A DNA stretch of 64,000 nucleotides from Clostridia bacterium (lineage in GTDB: Bacteria; Bacillota; Clostridia; Oscillospirales; Acutalibacteraceae): NCBI GenBank assembly GCA_017517665.1, contig JAFWYP010000060.1, forward strand, positions 14,759 to 78,758. The letters run 5' to 3'. A program made the translations under genes and the position numbers. The notes below the pieces were generated by a model. The model saw nothing but the letters and a program-made list of their open reading frames with translations, searched no databases and was not told the DNA's origin. This document shows, in pieces, positions 17,212-27,838 of this stretch. The number at the start of each line of letters is the position of its first letter. Within the stretch, counting starts at the first letter, position 1.

Positions 17212-18324
17212 ATGGCAACAATAAGATTCAGTAATGTTGCAAAATCCTTTGATAACGGCAAGGTGACCGTTATTCCCGACCTCTCTCTTGAAATAGCGGA
17301 TAAGGAGTTTGTTGTGCTTGTCGGTCCGTCGGGCTGCGGAAAGTCAACAACTCTCAGAATGATAGCAGGTCTTGAGGATATCAGCTCGGGAGAGCTTTAT
17401 ATAAATGATAAGCTTGTAAACAATATTCCGCCTAAAGACAGGGATATAGCCATGGTTTTTCAAAGCTATGCGCTCTATCCTCATATGACGGTTTATAAGA
17501 ATATGGCTTTTGCGCTGAAGCTTAAGAAAACACCGAAAAAAGAAATAGAAGAAAAGGTTATGTGGGCGGCAAAAATCCTTGATATCGAGCCTTATCTTAA
17601 CAGAAAGCCGCGTGCGCTTTCGGGCGGTCAGCGCCAGAGAGTTGCACTCGGCAGAGCGATGGTAAGAAACCCCGAGGTTTTTCTTCTCGATGAACCGCTG
17701 TCCAATCTTGATGCAAAGCTCCGCACGGAAATGAGAGCGCAGATAACAACTCTTCACCGTAAATTGCAGACAACCTTTGTTTATGTTACCCATGATCAGA
17801 CGGAAGCAATGACCATGGCAGACAGAATAGTTGTTATGGAAAAAGGAGAAATCCGCCAGTTTGATACTCCGCAGAAGCTTTATAACGAGCCTGCAGATAT
17901 GTTTGTTGCAGGCTTTATAGGCTCACCGCAAATGAATTTCATTGATGCAAGAATTGTTTCCGAAAAGGGGAAACTCAAGGTTGTTTTTTCGGGATGTTCT
18001 TTTGCTGTTCCGAAAAATAAATCTGCTGTGCTTGAAAAATATATTGATAAGGATATTATTTTGGGAATAAGACCCGAGCATTTTTTATCGCGCGATGAAG
18101 GAGATGTTTCGGATAAATGCAAAATGAATGTTGTTGCGGAAATTTCCGAAATGATGGGAAGCGAAACAAATATCTATTTTGATTTGTCGGGCAAACGTCA
18201 TATAGCCCGCATTAAAACGGAGAGAAAAATCGGTGCAGGGGAGAGCACAGAGCTTTTTATTGACCCTGAGACCGCATACTTTTTTGATAAGGAAACAACA
18301 AAAAACACCTTCGCCGTTGGGTGA
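17212..18324 (+). CDS. Sugar ABC transporter ATP-binding protein (MsmK/MsmX/UgpC type)
   Basis: [32 protein letters not shown] and FVAGFIGSP motifs. Confidence 0.93.
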   Translation: MATIRFSNVAKSFDNGKVTVIPDLSLEIADKEFVVLVGPSGCGKSTTLRMIAGLEDISSGELYINDKLVNNIPPKDRDIAMVFQSYALYPHMTVYKNMAFALKLKKTPKKEIEEKVMWAAKILDIEPYLNRKPRALSGGQRQRVALGRAMVRNPEVFLLDEPLSNLDAKLRTEMRAQITTLHRKLQTTFVYVTHDQTEAMTMADRIVVMEKGEIRQFDTPQKLYNEPADMFVAGFIGSPQMNFIDARIVSEKGKLKVVFSGCSFAVPKNKSAVLEKYIDKDIILGIRPEHFLSRDEGDVSDKCKMNVVAEISEMMGSETNIYFDLSGKRHIARIKTERKIGAGESTELFIDPETAYFFDKETTKNTFAVG

Positions 18325-18336
18325 AGGTGTAAATTT

Positions 18337-18888
18337 TTAATTATTCTCTTTTTTGTTTCTGAATCTGAAAAGTCCTATCGCAATTGAAATAAGGTTGCAA
18401 ACCTCGGTAATAACACCCGAATATGAACTGCAGATAACATTGTAAATCAGCCACATCACGGAAGTGGGAATTGTTAGTGCTCTTAATTTCTGTGTTTTCG
18501 GACTCCACATAACGAATGATGAAATTATCATTGCCGCCATGGGAAGGAGAGAAGCGGGGCTTGTGTATGTCATAAGACCGCCGAGACCTGCAAGAATTGC
18601 AAAAATAATCGGGCAGAGAATGCTGTCGGTAAACTTCGATTTGCCTCTGAAGCAGTATGCGATGCTTCTTGTGAAGCCTACTATGTTGCCTACCATTCCC
18701 TCATACGCTCCGAGAAGAAAATACTGAAGCGCAAAAAGAAAACCCGAGCAGAATTGCATGAGCACGATTCTTTTGTGTGTGCGCTGCTGGAATGATAAAA
18801 GCAGAAGTGCCGCCGCGATAAGACCGATTGTTTGAGAAATGAGAAATTTCAGGTCTTTGTCTGCAAAGAAGTTTGTAATAAAATCCAT
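18337..18888 (-). CDS. YgjV-family inner membrane protein
   Basis: SQTIG..A..L.LLSFQ, QYFLLGAY.G and WLIYN motifs; GAGG RBS before ATG 18888. Confidence 0.75.
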   Translation of the reverse strand: MDFITNFFADKDLKFLISQTIGLIAAALLLLSFQQRTHKRIVLMQFCSGFLFALQYFLLGAYEGMVGNIVGFTRSIAYCFRGKSKFTDSILCPIIFAILAGLGGLMTYTSPASLLPMAAMIISSFVMWSPKTQKLRALTIPTSVMWLIYNVICSSYSGVITEVCNLISIAIGLFRFRNKKENN

Positions 18889-18959
18889 AAAAACCTCAAT
18901 TTTTTTGTTTTTGTTAATTATAGCTTTTTGAAGATATAATAACAATGCCCGAAATGAAG

Positions 18960-18989
18960 AAATCCCTCCGATATCGAAGGGATTTTTTG
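18960..18989. terminator. Intrinsic terminator of the ECF module
   Basis: AAAATCCCTCCG-ATAT-CGAAGGGATTTT. Confidence 0.7.
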
Positions 18990-18996
18990 TGTATTT

Positions 18997-19689
18997 TTAT
19001 GTGTTGACTTTATATTCTTTTGAGTTAATTAAAAGCGTGCTGTTATCTTCCCATTCTATTTCCATGGTTTCGTATTCTCCCCATTCGCCAAGATAAATTC
19101 TGTCGGGAGTTTTTTCGATTTTCATAATCAGTAAATTCAAGTAATCGGATTTTTTGACATAAACTACTGTGCTTCCACCCGTAGCACCCTGGTCTGAATT
19201 AACAACTTCCGCATAATATTCTCCACTTGGAGAATCAACGGTATTAACAACCGTATTTACTGCGAAATTGCCGAAAAAGACCGCAACAAAGGAAAACAGA
19301 ATGATAGCAACAAACATCAAAGAAGATGATATTACGAAAAAGATTTTCGTTTTATCCGAATTGACAGTCTTTTCACTTATTGCCGCACACATAATAAAGC
19401 ATACTGCCATAAAAACAGCGGTTATCAAAGATTTGCTTTTTGAAACATATATTACAGAGTTGATAAGCTGAATGAGAGGAAGAAGCGAGAGAATTATTTT
19501 ATCTGCTTTATCAGGTGTGTAATTTTTCAGCAAATATCCCGAAGCAATGCAAATAACCGCAGATACGGCGGAAAGTATTTTGTAGCTTATCAAAGATACC
19601 GAATATCCGAAGGGATAAAGTGCCAATGTGAGAAGCGGAAGAATCGAAACGGTAAACAGAGGAATGAAAACGGGAAATTTGTTTTTCAT
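18997..19689 (-). CDS. Multi-TM membrane protein with DUF5412-like C-terminal domain
   Basis: About 5 TM segments followed by SPSGEY...DQGATGG...IEWEDNSTLLIN; GGAAAGGA RBS. Confidence 0.6.
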   Translation of the reverse strand: MKNKFPVFIPLFTVSILPLLTLALYPFGYSVSLISYKILSAVSAVICIASGYLLKNYTPDKADKIILSLLPLIQLINSVIYVSKSKSLITAVFMAVCFIMCAAISEKTVNSDKTKIFFVISSSLMFVAIILFSFVAVFFGNFAVNTVVNTVDSPSGEYYAEVVNSDQGATGGSTVVYVKKSDYLNLLIMKIEKTPDRIYLGEWGEYETMEIEWEDNSTLLINSKEYKVNT

Positions 19690-19693
19690 GTTT

Positions 19694-20317
19694 TTATTCC
19701 TTTCCGAGCATTCTTGCATATAAATCCGATAAAATTTTCGATATTACGGCAAATGAAACCGTAAGAAAAATTCCGATTCCGAAAATAAATGATATACCTT
19801 TAACAGAATCAATGAAAGAAGCTTTGATGAAAATATCAAGAAGATTCCATTCATAATGGAAACTGCACCATACTGTTGCAGAGAGCGTTATAAGAACAGA
19901 AAAAAGGCATGAACACCATGAGAAAGATTTTCTGCTCGGATAGAGCTTGACAAAATACCAGTTTGTCAGCGAAAGCATAAATCCCGTTGCAGGAACAACC
20001 ACATTGAAAGCCGTCAAACCATTGCCCCAATCATAAGAACCTACACCTGCTTCAACATAAACTCCTAAGGTTATCAGAAGAAAAGAAAGCAGAAATAGAA
20101 CGGATTGCATTATTGAAGCCTTCCAATCATTTATTTTTGTGCACTTTTTTGCTTCAAAAGTTGCTTCCTCTTGTGTGATATTATTTGTCATGCTTTCAAA
20201 AATTTTTTTGCATTCAGCACAATTCTCAATGTGTTTTTTTACTTCTTCCGATGATTCATCGGAACAGCATTCATCAATATAAAGCGGAATTAAATCTTTT
20301 ATAATATTGCAATCCAT
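19694..20317 (-). CDS. Anti-sigma factor with zf-HC2 domain
   Basis: CNIIKDLIPLY...HIENCAEC (HxxxCxxC) followed by about 4 TM helices. Confidence 0.88.
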   Translation of the reverse strand: MDCNIIKDLIPLYIDECCSDESSEEVKKHIENCAECKKIFESMTNNITQEEATFEAKKCTKINDWKASIMQSVLFLLSFLLITLGVYVEAGVGSYDWGNGLTAFNVVVPATGFMLSLTNWYFVKLYPSRKSFSWCSCLFSVLITLSATVWCSFHYEWNLLDIFIKASFIDSVKGISFIFGIGIFLTVSFAVISKILSDLYARMLGKE

Positions 20318-20321
20318 AACA

Positions 20322-20792
20322 TTACCTCATTTTTTCGTTAAGTTTTTGTTTTGCACGGTAGAATGTGACCCTTGCCCAGCTTTCGCTTTTTCCGAAAAGC
20401 CTGCTTATGTCCGTGAGGGACAGCTGACCGAAAACGCTCAGCATGAAAACTTCTTTATAAGGTTCTTCAAGCTCATGAAGGCAGGCAAATGCTTTTTCCG
20501 TAAGCTCTTTTCTCTCGAAAAGACTTTCAATATCCGATTCATCTGCCGATTCTTCGTCAATGTCCGAAAGCTTTTTATGCTCGTTATACCATGCGAAATA
20601 TGTGTTCCGTGCAATCTGACAAAGCCACGAAGAAGCTTTGTTTTCATCCCTGAGTCCCGAAAAATTCATGTATGCCCGAAAAAAGGTTTCTTGCGTGAGC
20701 TCTTCCGCAAGAGAAGCATTGCCGCAAAGCTTCATCAGGTATTTAAAGATAAAATCGGAGTTTTCGCCGTATATCTTCTCAAAATCCGCCAC
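20322..20792 (-). CDS. ECF RNA polymerase sigma factor
   Basis: AEELTQETF, SWLCQIARN and GKSESWARVTFYRAK motifs; AAAGGCGGTGA RBS before GTG 20792. Confidence 0.93.
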   Translation of the reverse strand: MADFEKIYGENSDFIFKYLMKLCGNASLAEELTQETFFRAYMNFSGLRDENKASSWLCQIARNTYFAWYNEHKKLSDIDEESADESDIESLFERKELTEKAFACLHELEEPYKEVFMLSVFGQLSLTDISRLFGKSESWARVTFYRAKQKLNEKMR

Positions 20793-20814
20793 ATTCTCAC
20801 CGCCTTTCACTTGT

Positions 20815-20842
20815 TAGATTGCAAAAACTGTAAAACGTTACA
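20815..20842 (-). promoter_or_regulatory. Putative autoregulatory ECF promoter
   Basis: Minus strand TGTAAC-N16-AATCTA immediately upstream of the sigma gene RBS. Confidence 0.6.
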
Positions 20843-20851
20843 AATTTTTTC

Positions 20852-20879
20852 AAAAAACGGGCACACAACAGTGTACCCG
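20852..20879 (-). terminator. Terminator after trkH
   Basis: Minus strand CGGGTACAC-TGTT-GTGTGCCCG followed by TTTTTT. Confidence 0.7.
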
Positions 20880-20885
20880 CCGTTA

Positions 20886-22334
20886 TTATGAATATTTTCT
20901 TGCCCATGCATAAGGGGAGAAGAGCATAAGCATGGGGATAAGCTCAAGTCTGCCTGCAAGCATATCAAAGCTTAAAATAAGCTTGCTCATAATCGAGAAA
21001 TCCGCAAAGTTGCCGTAGGGACCGACCGCACCGAGACCCGGACCGATGTTGCCTATACAAGCGATTACCGAGGTGAAGGTTGTAACAATGTCACGTCCGT
21101 CAATTGAAACGGCAAGCACGGAAACCGCAATGAGAATCATATAGGTTGCAAAAAATACCGAAACACTTTTTACAACGGGTTCTTCAACGGTGTGTTTATC
21201 AACCTTAACGGTTTCAATGCTTCTGGGGTTTATCGCTTTCTTTATGTCACGCAGTCCGCTTTTTATAAGAATCATAAGACGCGAAACCTTTATGCCACCG
21301 CCCGTTGAACCTGCGCATGCGCCGATGAACATAAGGAAAACAAGGATAATCTTTGTAAAAACCGGCCATGTATCGAAATTTGCCGTTGAAAATCCCGTTG
21401 TTGTAACAATTGAAGCAACCTGGAAAACGGCATATCTTATTGAATCGCCGATTGAATATTTTGTGTTTGCAAGACATACGGCAATTAAAACAATTGAGCC
21501 GAGAACAATTCCCAGATAATAGCGGAGTTCTTCGTTCTTTATCGCCTGCCTGCCCTGCTTGATAAGGAACATATAGTATATATTGAAGTTTACGCCGAAT
21601 ATAAGCATAAATACTGCGATTACCATTTCGGAATACACGCTGTTGTATCCTTCAATGCTGTTGTTAAGAACCCCAAAACCGCCTGTTCCTGCTGTTGCAA
21701 AAGAGTTTACGATACTGTCATAAACAGGCATACCGCCGCAGATGAGCATTATTATTTCAACAATCGTAAGAATACAGTAAATTCCGTAGAGGATTCTTGC
21801 GGAGGCTCTCAGCTTTGAAACGAGCTTGCCTACCGTCGGACCGGGTACTTCAGCTCTCATGACGTGCATTGAGGAGCTTTCTGTTTTCGGCAGAATTGCA
21901 ATAACGAAAACAAGAATACCCATGCCGCCTATCCAATGGGTAAAGCTTCTCCAGAAAAGAAGACTTTTCGGCATAGCTTCAATATTGCTGAGGATTGTTG
22001 AACCTGTTGTAGTAAAACCCGAAACGGTTTCAAAGAAGGCATCAACAAAATTCGGGATATGTCCGCTGAAATAAAACGGCATTGCACCGAAAAGCGACAT
22101 AAGAATCCATGTCAGAGCTACAATAACATAGCCGTCCTTTGCGTAAATTGCCGTGTTTTTCGGTCTTTTTCTTACCGCCGGCAAGCCGACAACAGTAAGT
22201 GCCGCAATTGTAAGAGCAAAGGAAATGAGCGTGTTCTCATTATAGATTATTGCACCGATTGCCGGAAAGGTCAGCAAAGCCGCTTCAACAAGCAGAATTC
22301 TGCCTATATTATAAAATACCATTCTGTAGTTCAT
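20886..22334 (-). CDS. trkH: Trk potassium uptake permease
   Basis: FETVSGFTTTG, HWIGGMG, TTTGF, GSTGGGIK and GNIGPG pore motifs. Confidence 0.95.
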   Translation of the reverse strand: MNYRMVFYNIGRILLVEAALLTFPAIGAIIYNENTLISFALTIAALTVVGLPAVRKRPKNTAIYAKDGYVIVALTWILMSLFGAMPFYFSGHIPNFVDAFFETVSGFTTTGSTILSNIEAMPKSLLFWRSFTHWIGGMGILVFVIAILPKTESSSMHVMRAEVPGPTVGKLVSKLRASARILYGIYCILTIVEIIMLICGGMPVYDSIVNSFATAGTGGFGVLNNSIEGYNSVYSEMVIAVFMLIFGVNFNIYYMFLIKQGRQAIKNEELRYYLGIVLGSIVLIAVCLANTKYSIGDSIRYAVFQVASIVTTTGFSTANFDTWPVFTKIILVFLMFIGACAGSTGGGIKVSRLMILIKSGLRDIKKAINPRSIETVKVDKHTVEEPVVKSVSVFFATYMILIAVSVLAVSIDGRDIVTTFTSVIACIGNIGPGLGAVGPYGNFADFSIMSKLILSFDMLAGRLELIPMLMLFSPYAWARKYS

Positions 22335-22348
22335 AATACCCTCCGTTA

Positions 22349-23704
22349 TCAGACGAATATGTCGTGAAGGTCCTCGACAATTCTGCCTGCGGTAACAACG
22401 ATTACGCTGTCATGAGCTTTCATAACATCATCACCGCCGGGGAATATGATTTTTCCGTTACGGATAATGCATCCGATAAGAAGATTCGGAAGCAGGTTGA
22501 GGTCTTTGAAAGGAACATTCTCGTATCCCGCATCTTCGGGAACTATGAATTCGGCAGCTTCAACCTTGCCTCCGACGAGCTTATAAAGAGTCTGAATCTG
22601 AGAGTTGCCTGCGGAGTTATGAAGCGCACGGACATAACGTGTAACAAGATTTCCCGCAACAATCTGCGGAGAAACAACCGTTTCAAGTCCGATATCGTTG
22701 AGAATTGAATATGAATGACGGTTAACCTTTGTTATAACTTTGTTGATTCCCTTTGATTCTGCATACATTGAAACGATGATGTTTTCTTCGTCAATTCCCG
22801 TAAGAGAAACGAGAGCATCCTGTCTTTCAAGACCCTGCTCATCAAGAATATCCTGGTCTGTACCGTCGCCGTGTATAACAGTAACATCGGGAAGCGTATC
22901 TGCAAGCTCATAGCAGCGTTTTTCATTCTGTTCAATAAGCTTAATGTTTCTGCCAGTGTCGGAAAGAAGCTTTGCAAGATAATAGGCGATTCTTCCGCCG
23001 CCGATAATCATAACATTTTTGATTTTTTGTTTATAAACACCCGTCTGCTTCATGAAATGCGAAATTTCAGCTCTTGTGCCCGTTATGCTGATTGCATCGT
23101 CACAGCGAAGAACAAAATCACCCGAGGGAATATAAACTTCTTCTTCCCTCTGCACGGCGCAGATAAGCACCTTTGCCTTGCATTTTTTTCTGATTTCATA
23201 AATCGGCATATTGCAGAAAATGTTGTCCGAGTGAATTCTTACGCGGGCAATTTCAATCTTGCCTCTTGCAAATGAGTCAAGGTTTGCCGCAGAGGGGAAA
23301 CGGATGATTCTTGAAATTTCGTTTGCTGTTTCGTATTCGGGATTAACAACCATGCTGATACCGAGCTCGCTTCTTAAAAACTGCATCTGTGCGGCATAGT
23401 CCGGATTGCGTACTCTCGCGATGGTGTTTTCCGTACCCATTTTGTTTGCAATCAGACAGCAGAGAATATTGATTTCGTCCGATGCCGTGGCGGCAATAAT
23501 GAGCTTCGCTTTTGATGCGCCTGCAGTTTCAAGAGTTTCGCAGGTTGTGCCGTTACCCCATACACCCATAACATCATAAGTGTCAACTATTGAAGTAACT
23601 TTTTCGTTGTTGGTATCAACAACGGTTACACTGTGGCCTTCGTTAACAAGCTGTTTCGTTAAAGTAATGCCGAGCTTTCCGAGACCTACAATTATAATAT
23701 TCAT
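22349..23704 (-). CDS. trkA: Trk potassium uptake regulatory subunit (tandem RCK)
   Basis: Two RCK_N Rossmann motifs (VGLGKLG, IGGGRIA) and IARVRNP. Confidence 0.95.
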   Translation of the reverse strand: MNIIIVGLGKLGITLTKQLVNEGHSVTVVDTNNEKVTSIVDTYDVMGVWGNGTTCETLETAGASKAKLIIAATASDEINILCCLIANKMGTENTIARVRNPDYAAQMQFLRSELGISMVVNPEYETANEISRIIRFPSAANLDSFARGKIEIARVRIHSDNIFCNMPIYEIRKKCKAKVLICAVQREEEVYIPSGDFVLRCDDAISITGTRAEISHFMKQTGVYKQKIKNVMIIGGGRIAYYLAKLLSDTGRNIKLIEQNEKRCYELADTLPDVTVIHGDGTDQDILDEQGLERQDALVSLTGIDEENIIVSMYAESKGINKVITKVNRHSYSILNDIGLETVVSPQIVAGNLVTRYVRALHNSAGNSQIQTLYKLVGGKVEAAEFIVPEDAGYENVPFKDLNLLPNLLIGCIIRNGKIIFPGGDDVMKAHDSVIVVTAGRIVEDLHDIFV

Positions 23705-23734
23705 GGCAGATAATACCTTCTTTGAAATATTATT

Positions 23735-25063
23735 TTAGTTTGTTTTAGACTTTTTGAATTCTCTGTAAAGGAAGAAGAGGGGTAAAAAGATAGTTGCGCC
23801 TGCAATTGCCGCGCCGATATAAATGTGAGGCGCGGGAATAAGTGTTGCCACGCCGAAATCATCCACATAATGCTGTGATGAGAAGTTTTCGGTAATTGCT
23901 GCAGCAACTCTCGGACCGATGAGCATGGGAAGCATAACGGAGAAAATCATTCTTACGCCCTGAAGCTGACCTGCCTTGTCTTCGGGAGTGAAATCACGGA
24001 TAGCCGCACCGAGCATAATCATAAGAAGTCCGTAGCCTACCATTGCAATAACAGCGGCGAGTGCAAAATAGATAATGTTATTATCTGCAAAATAAACAAG
24101 AATAAGACCTACTACAAAGAATATTGCCGAAGGATAAAGGAAGGGAGCCTTGCCTTTTTTATCGCTGAGAATAATCATTGAAACAAGCGCCGCAACACCG
24201 CCGCCGATAACAATAACGGCAAGAATGATGTTGGGAACTGTAAGCTGAAGAGTGTTCATGTCGATGTAATGGTCAACATAAATGAAAAGATAGGGGAAGA
24301 AAATCTGGCTTGCAATGGAGAATATACCCATGCATACAAGCGAAATATAAAGGCTCTTGTTGCTCTTTATAACCGAGGGCTTGAAGCCGTATGTAAGGCA
24401 TTCAATGAAGCTGTTTGTTGATTTGATGCCGTTTCTTGAATCCTTGATTGAGAAAATACCGATAATACCGCAGACGGTAACGATAAGACCGAGACCGATG
24501 AAGCATGCGGGATAACCGTATTTAACCGAAAGAGCACCGAAAGCCGCTGTAACTGCAACCATTGCGATGACGGGAAGAAGAGCGAGGAGGGATTCGGTCT
24601 TTGCTCTGTTTGAGGGGGAAGTGATGTCTGTTATCCATGCGTTGAATGCGGCATCGTTACTGGTTGAACCCATGAATGTCATTATGCAGTCCATGATGAT
24701 AACAAGAGTAACTGTTGCGGCTGTTGCTGCAACGGGAGTTGAACCGAGAATCTTTGCCATGTTTTCTCTTGAGATGAACGCAAAAGCCATAACGGTGATA
24801 CCCCAGACAATATAGCCTGCGCATATAAAGATTTTTCTTTTGTTGATTTTGTCGCTGAGACTGCCCATGAAAAGGGTTGTGAGAACGGCAACAACCGAGC
24901 TTGCGGCAACCATGTTTGAAATATCGGTTGAGTCGCCGCCGATTTCATTGAAAAGGAAAAGGTTGAAGAAGTTGTTTTCAACTGCCCATGCAACCTGACC
25001 CATGAATCCGAAAAGAATTATGTTGAGAAGGAGTGATTTACTGAGCTTTGATTCTTTCTGCAT
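23735..25063 (-). CDS. MFS transporter
   Basis: About 12 TM segments; GSLSDKINKRK motif A. Confidence 0.88.
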   Translation of the reverse strand: MQKESKLSKSLLLNIILFGFMGQVAWAVENNFFNLFLFNEIGGDSTDISNMVAASSVVAVLTTLFMGSLSDKINKRKIFICAGYIVWGITVMAFAFISRENMAKILGSTPVAATAATVTLVIIMDCIMTFMGSTSNDAAFNAWITDITSPSNRAKTESLLALLPVIAMVAVTAAFGALSVKYGYPACFIGLGLIVTVCGIIGIFSIKDSRNGIKSTNSFIECLTYGFKPSVIKSNKSLYISLVCMGIFSIASQIFFPYLFIYVDHYIDMNTLQLTVPNIILAVIVIGGGVAALVSMIILSDKKGKAPFLYPSAIFFVVGLILVYFADNNIIYFALAAVIAMVGYGLLMIMLGAAIRDFTPEDKAGQLQGVRMIFSVMLPMLIGPRVAAAITENFSSQHYVDDFGVATLIPAPHIYIGAAIAGATIFLPLFFLYREFKKSKTN

Positions 25064-25064
25064 T

Positions 25065-26204
25065 TTATTTACCTCCGAAGTATTCTGTAAGTTTTATAAT
25101 CGCGAATGCCAGCACTCCTGCACCTGCAAGACCTGCGGCAATATAGCCGAGAACATGAAGTGTGATGCTCTGTCTGTCCGTCAGAGTTCTCATGATAGGA
25201 CCAAGACATTCGCATTTAAGACCGAATTGTTTAAAACGTTTGAGCTCCTGAGTAAACTGTTCAGGATTTTTTTCGTCAATCGTAACAAGTCTGACACATG
25301 AACGGCAGCCGTCTGTGTATGCGCGGAAGCCTGCTGTTTTGTGCTGTGCCATAAAGATTCCGTCATATTTACCCCAGAAATCGTTGAGGTGGTCATGTCC
25401 GAAGAATGCACCGAGAATACCGCCGACCTTTTTCCAGCTTGCAAACTGACCGCTGTTGACTTCGGGTGAACACGGTCCTTCGCCGACATAGCCTTTTGTG
25501 CCTTTTTTGCCGACATAGAAGGTTTTTCTTTTTGAGTTATATCCTCTCGTTGCAAACGGGAGTTCCCAGAAATGAGCCTTGCGGAGAAGCTCATATTCTT
25601 CGGGCACGGGAGTATGCTGAAAAACAAATGAAGGCATCGGCTTTCCGCCGTTCATTTCCTTAAGCTTTTCGCATTCCTGTTCAAACCATTCTATCTGGTC
25701 GGGATGAACATAGTCGTAATGAGAAAGACTTCTGTCCTCAAAGCAGTTGTTTGAATCTATAAACCAAAGACAGAAAACAGGCTTTTCTCCGTCGGAGGAA
25801 TAGATTATTTCCTTGAAGTTTGCATTACCTGTAACCTCTGCCGGTGCGTCGTTTCTCATTATAACATTTTCCATGCTGTTATAAATTGCAACAATTTCAT
25901 CCTCATGACCGTGGTCGTGTTCATGGTTTCCGAGAATGCAGGCAACGGGAATGTTTCTGCTTGTTATCGGCTTCACAAGGTCTGCAACCATTTCTCTGAA
26001 TGCTTCGGGGTCTTCTTCTATTTTGTCGGTGTTGCAGTTGTCGCCGAGAAAAACGCACAAATCGGGTTTGTATTCGTCGAGTGCGGCATTCATGAGCTTC
26101 TGCATATCCTTGAAACGGGGGCTTGTTTTGTAATCGTAGTGTTCATGGATATCGCCGAAAAGCAGAAGTCTGAATTTGCCGTCGGAATTAAATTTAAGTT
26201 TCAT
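25065..26204 (-). CDS. Calcineurin-like metallophosphoesterase with C-terminal membrane anchor
   Basis: GDIH, LGDN, GNHEH, FQH and GHDHLND motifs; hydrophobic C-terminus. Confidence 0.88.
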   Translation of the reverse strand: MKLKFNSDGKFRLLLFGDIHEHYDYKTSPRFKDMQKLMNAALDEYKPDLCVFLGDNCNTDKIEEDPEAFREMVADLVKPITSRNIPVACILGNHEHDHGHEDEIVAIYNSMENVIMRNDAPAEVTGNANFKEIIYSSDGEKPVFCLWFIDSNNCFEDRSLSHYDYVHPDQIEWFEQECEKLKEMNGGKPMPSFVFQHTPVPEEYELLRKAHFWELPFATRGYNSKRKTFYVGKKGTKGYVGEGPCSPEVNSGQFASWKKVGGILGAFFGHDHLNDFWGKYDGIFMAQHKTAGFRAYTDGCRSCVRLVTIDEKNPEQFTQELKRFKQFGLKCECLGPIMRTLTDRQSITLHVLGYIAAGLAGAGVLAFAIIKLTEYFGGK

Positions 26205-26213
26205 TTTATCACC

Positions 26214-27662
26214 TTAATAATTTATTGCGATTGCAAGAAGCATGAGTGCAACGGAAACGATTCCTTCAAGAGCGAAAAGCTTCCATGAAAATTTGAGCCA
26301 CTTGCCGTAGGTTATGTTAACAATACCGATTGCAACAATCATGATTCCGCTTGTGGGATAGAGAAGATTTGTGAATCCGTCGCCCAGGCAGAATGCAAGA
26401 GTAACGCTCTGACGGCTTACATTTACCATATCCGCAAGGGGAAGAACAATAGGCATGATGAGAAATGCTTTTGCCGTGCCGCTTCCAACGAAAAATTCAA
26501 GCACAACTATGAATGCAAAGAGCATGAGTATTGCGGCATAGGGAGAAACTCCTTGAAGGAGGTTATAAACAAAATTGAGTATGGTTGGGATGATGTTGCC
26601 CTGGTCAAGGATATATGTGATTGAAAGAATGATAACGATAATAGGTATAATGGGAGCAACGGTTTTTATTCCTTCGCCGAAGCTTTTGAGAAGTTTTTTG
26701 CCGCGGAGACCTGAAAAAAAGCCTGCAAGAATACCGCCGACGGTGAAAAGAACAGCCATGCAGGGGAGTGATATCATTCCCTCTGCGCTGAGAGCGAAGT
26801 CCAGAATGATGCCCACGATAACGCCGAGAAGGCAGAAAAGGAAGGCTTTAGAAGCTTTTTTTATCTGCGGGTCATAGAGAATACCCATGCTGTCGCTCAG
26901 ACTGAATTTTTCGCGCAGGGCAATATCTGTTTCATAGCAAAGGGATTTCTGCGGATTCTTTTCGATTTTCTTTGCATAGACTGTTAAAAATCCTGCAAGA
27001 ATCGCATAGACAACAACAAAAACAAGAATTCTGTATCCTATACCCGAGAATACGGGGATATCCGCCATTTTCTGAACGGTTACAACATTAAATGGGTTGA
27101 AGGTTGCGGCGGTAAAACCGAATGCAACTGCTATAAGACTCATTCCGAGTCCCACGAACGAGTCCCATCCGAGCGCAAGAGCAATTGCCACGGAAATCGG
27201 GACAAGAGTTACGGATTCTTCAAGAATGCCTGCGGTTGAGCTTAAAAACATACAGGCGAGAATCATGATGTTCATAAGCAGATATTTTTTTGCGCCGAAT
27301 TTTTCAATGATGATTGCCATTATGTATTTCAGAACATTGCATTTATCAAGAATGAGAAATGTTCCGCCGATAAGGGTTATCATCAGGATTATTCCCGCGC
27401 CTGTCAGAGCGGTGCTTGTTCCGAAAACAAGAACAGGTGCAAGAATGATTTTCCAAATCGGAAGCTTATCTTCGATTTCTGTGTATGTGCCGTTGATAAT
27501 CGTGCCGTCGGGATTTGTTTCATAAACACCTCGGGGGAGAACTTGCGTGAGCACACCGGCAAACGCCATTATCGCCGCAAGAAGCAAGCAGATCAGGACA
27601 ATGGTTTTTTTGTTTATTGAAAGACCTGCCTGACTGTTTTTGTTTTCAACCAAAATTATCAT
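26214..27662 (-). CDS. YfcC/DcuC-family transporter
   Basis: PRGVY, TFNPFNV..VQ, FSGIGYR, SGTAKA and GDGFTNLLYPT motifs. The start may instead be TTG at 27653. Confidence 0.85.
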   Translation of the reverse strand: MIILVENKNSQAGLSINKKTIVLICLLLAAIMAFAGVLTQVLPRGVYETNPDGTIINGTYTEIEDKLPIWKIILAPVLVFGTSTALTGAGIILMITLIGGTFLILDKCNVLKYIMAIIIEKFGAKKYLLMNIMILACMFLSSTAGILEESVTLVPISVAIALALGWDSFVGLGMSLIAVAFGFTAATFNPFNVVTVQKMADIPVFSGIGYRILVFVVVYAILAGFLTVYAKKIEKNPQKSLCYETDIALREKFSLSDSMGILYDPQIKKASKAFLFCLLGVIVGIILDFALSAEGMISLPCMAVLFTVGGILAGFFSGLRGKKLLKSFGEGIKTVAPIIPIIVIILSITYILDQGNIIPTILNFVYNLLQGVSPYAAILMLFAFIVVLEFFVGSGTAKAFLIMPIVLPLADMVNVSRQSVTLAFCLGDGFTNLLYPTSGIMIVAIGIVNITYGKWLKFSWKLFALEGIVSVALMLLAIAINY

Positions 27663-27688
27663 TCCGTATTAAATCTCAACTTTGCGCT

Positions 27689-27806
27689 ATTGTAACATAA
27701 ATATACATATATTTGCAACTGTTTATTAATAAAAATAAAATATTATATTTACAAAAAATAAGAACATTGAATAGTTGTTGCAAAAATAATGTTTTTATGT
27801 TAAACT
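27689..27806. promoter_or_regulatory. Pair of divergent extended -10 sigmaA promoters
   Basis: Minus strand TTGCAA-N18(ending TGT)-TACAAT at 27718-27689; plus strand TTGCAA-N17(ending TGT)-TAAACT at 27778-27806. Confidence 0.55.
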
Positions 27807-27838
27807 TGAAAAGAATTCAAAATGAAAGGTTGATTTAT

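Noticed and set aside
27663-27838. c-di-AMP (ydaO) riboswitch ahead of the trk-containing operon
   Set aside because: The region is AT-rich promoter DNA with no aptamer consensus.
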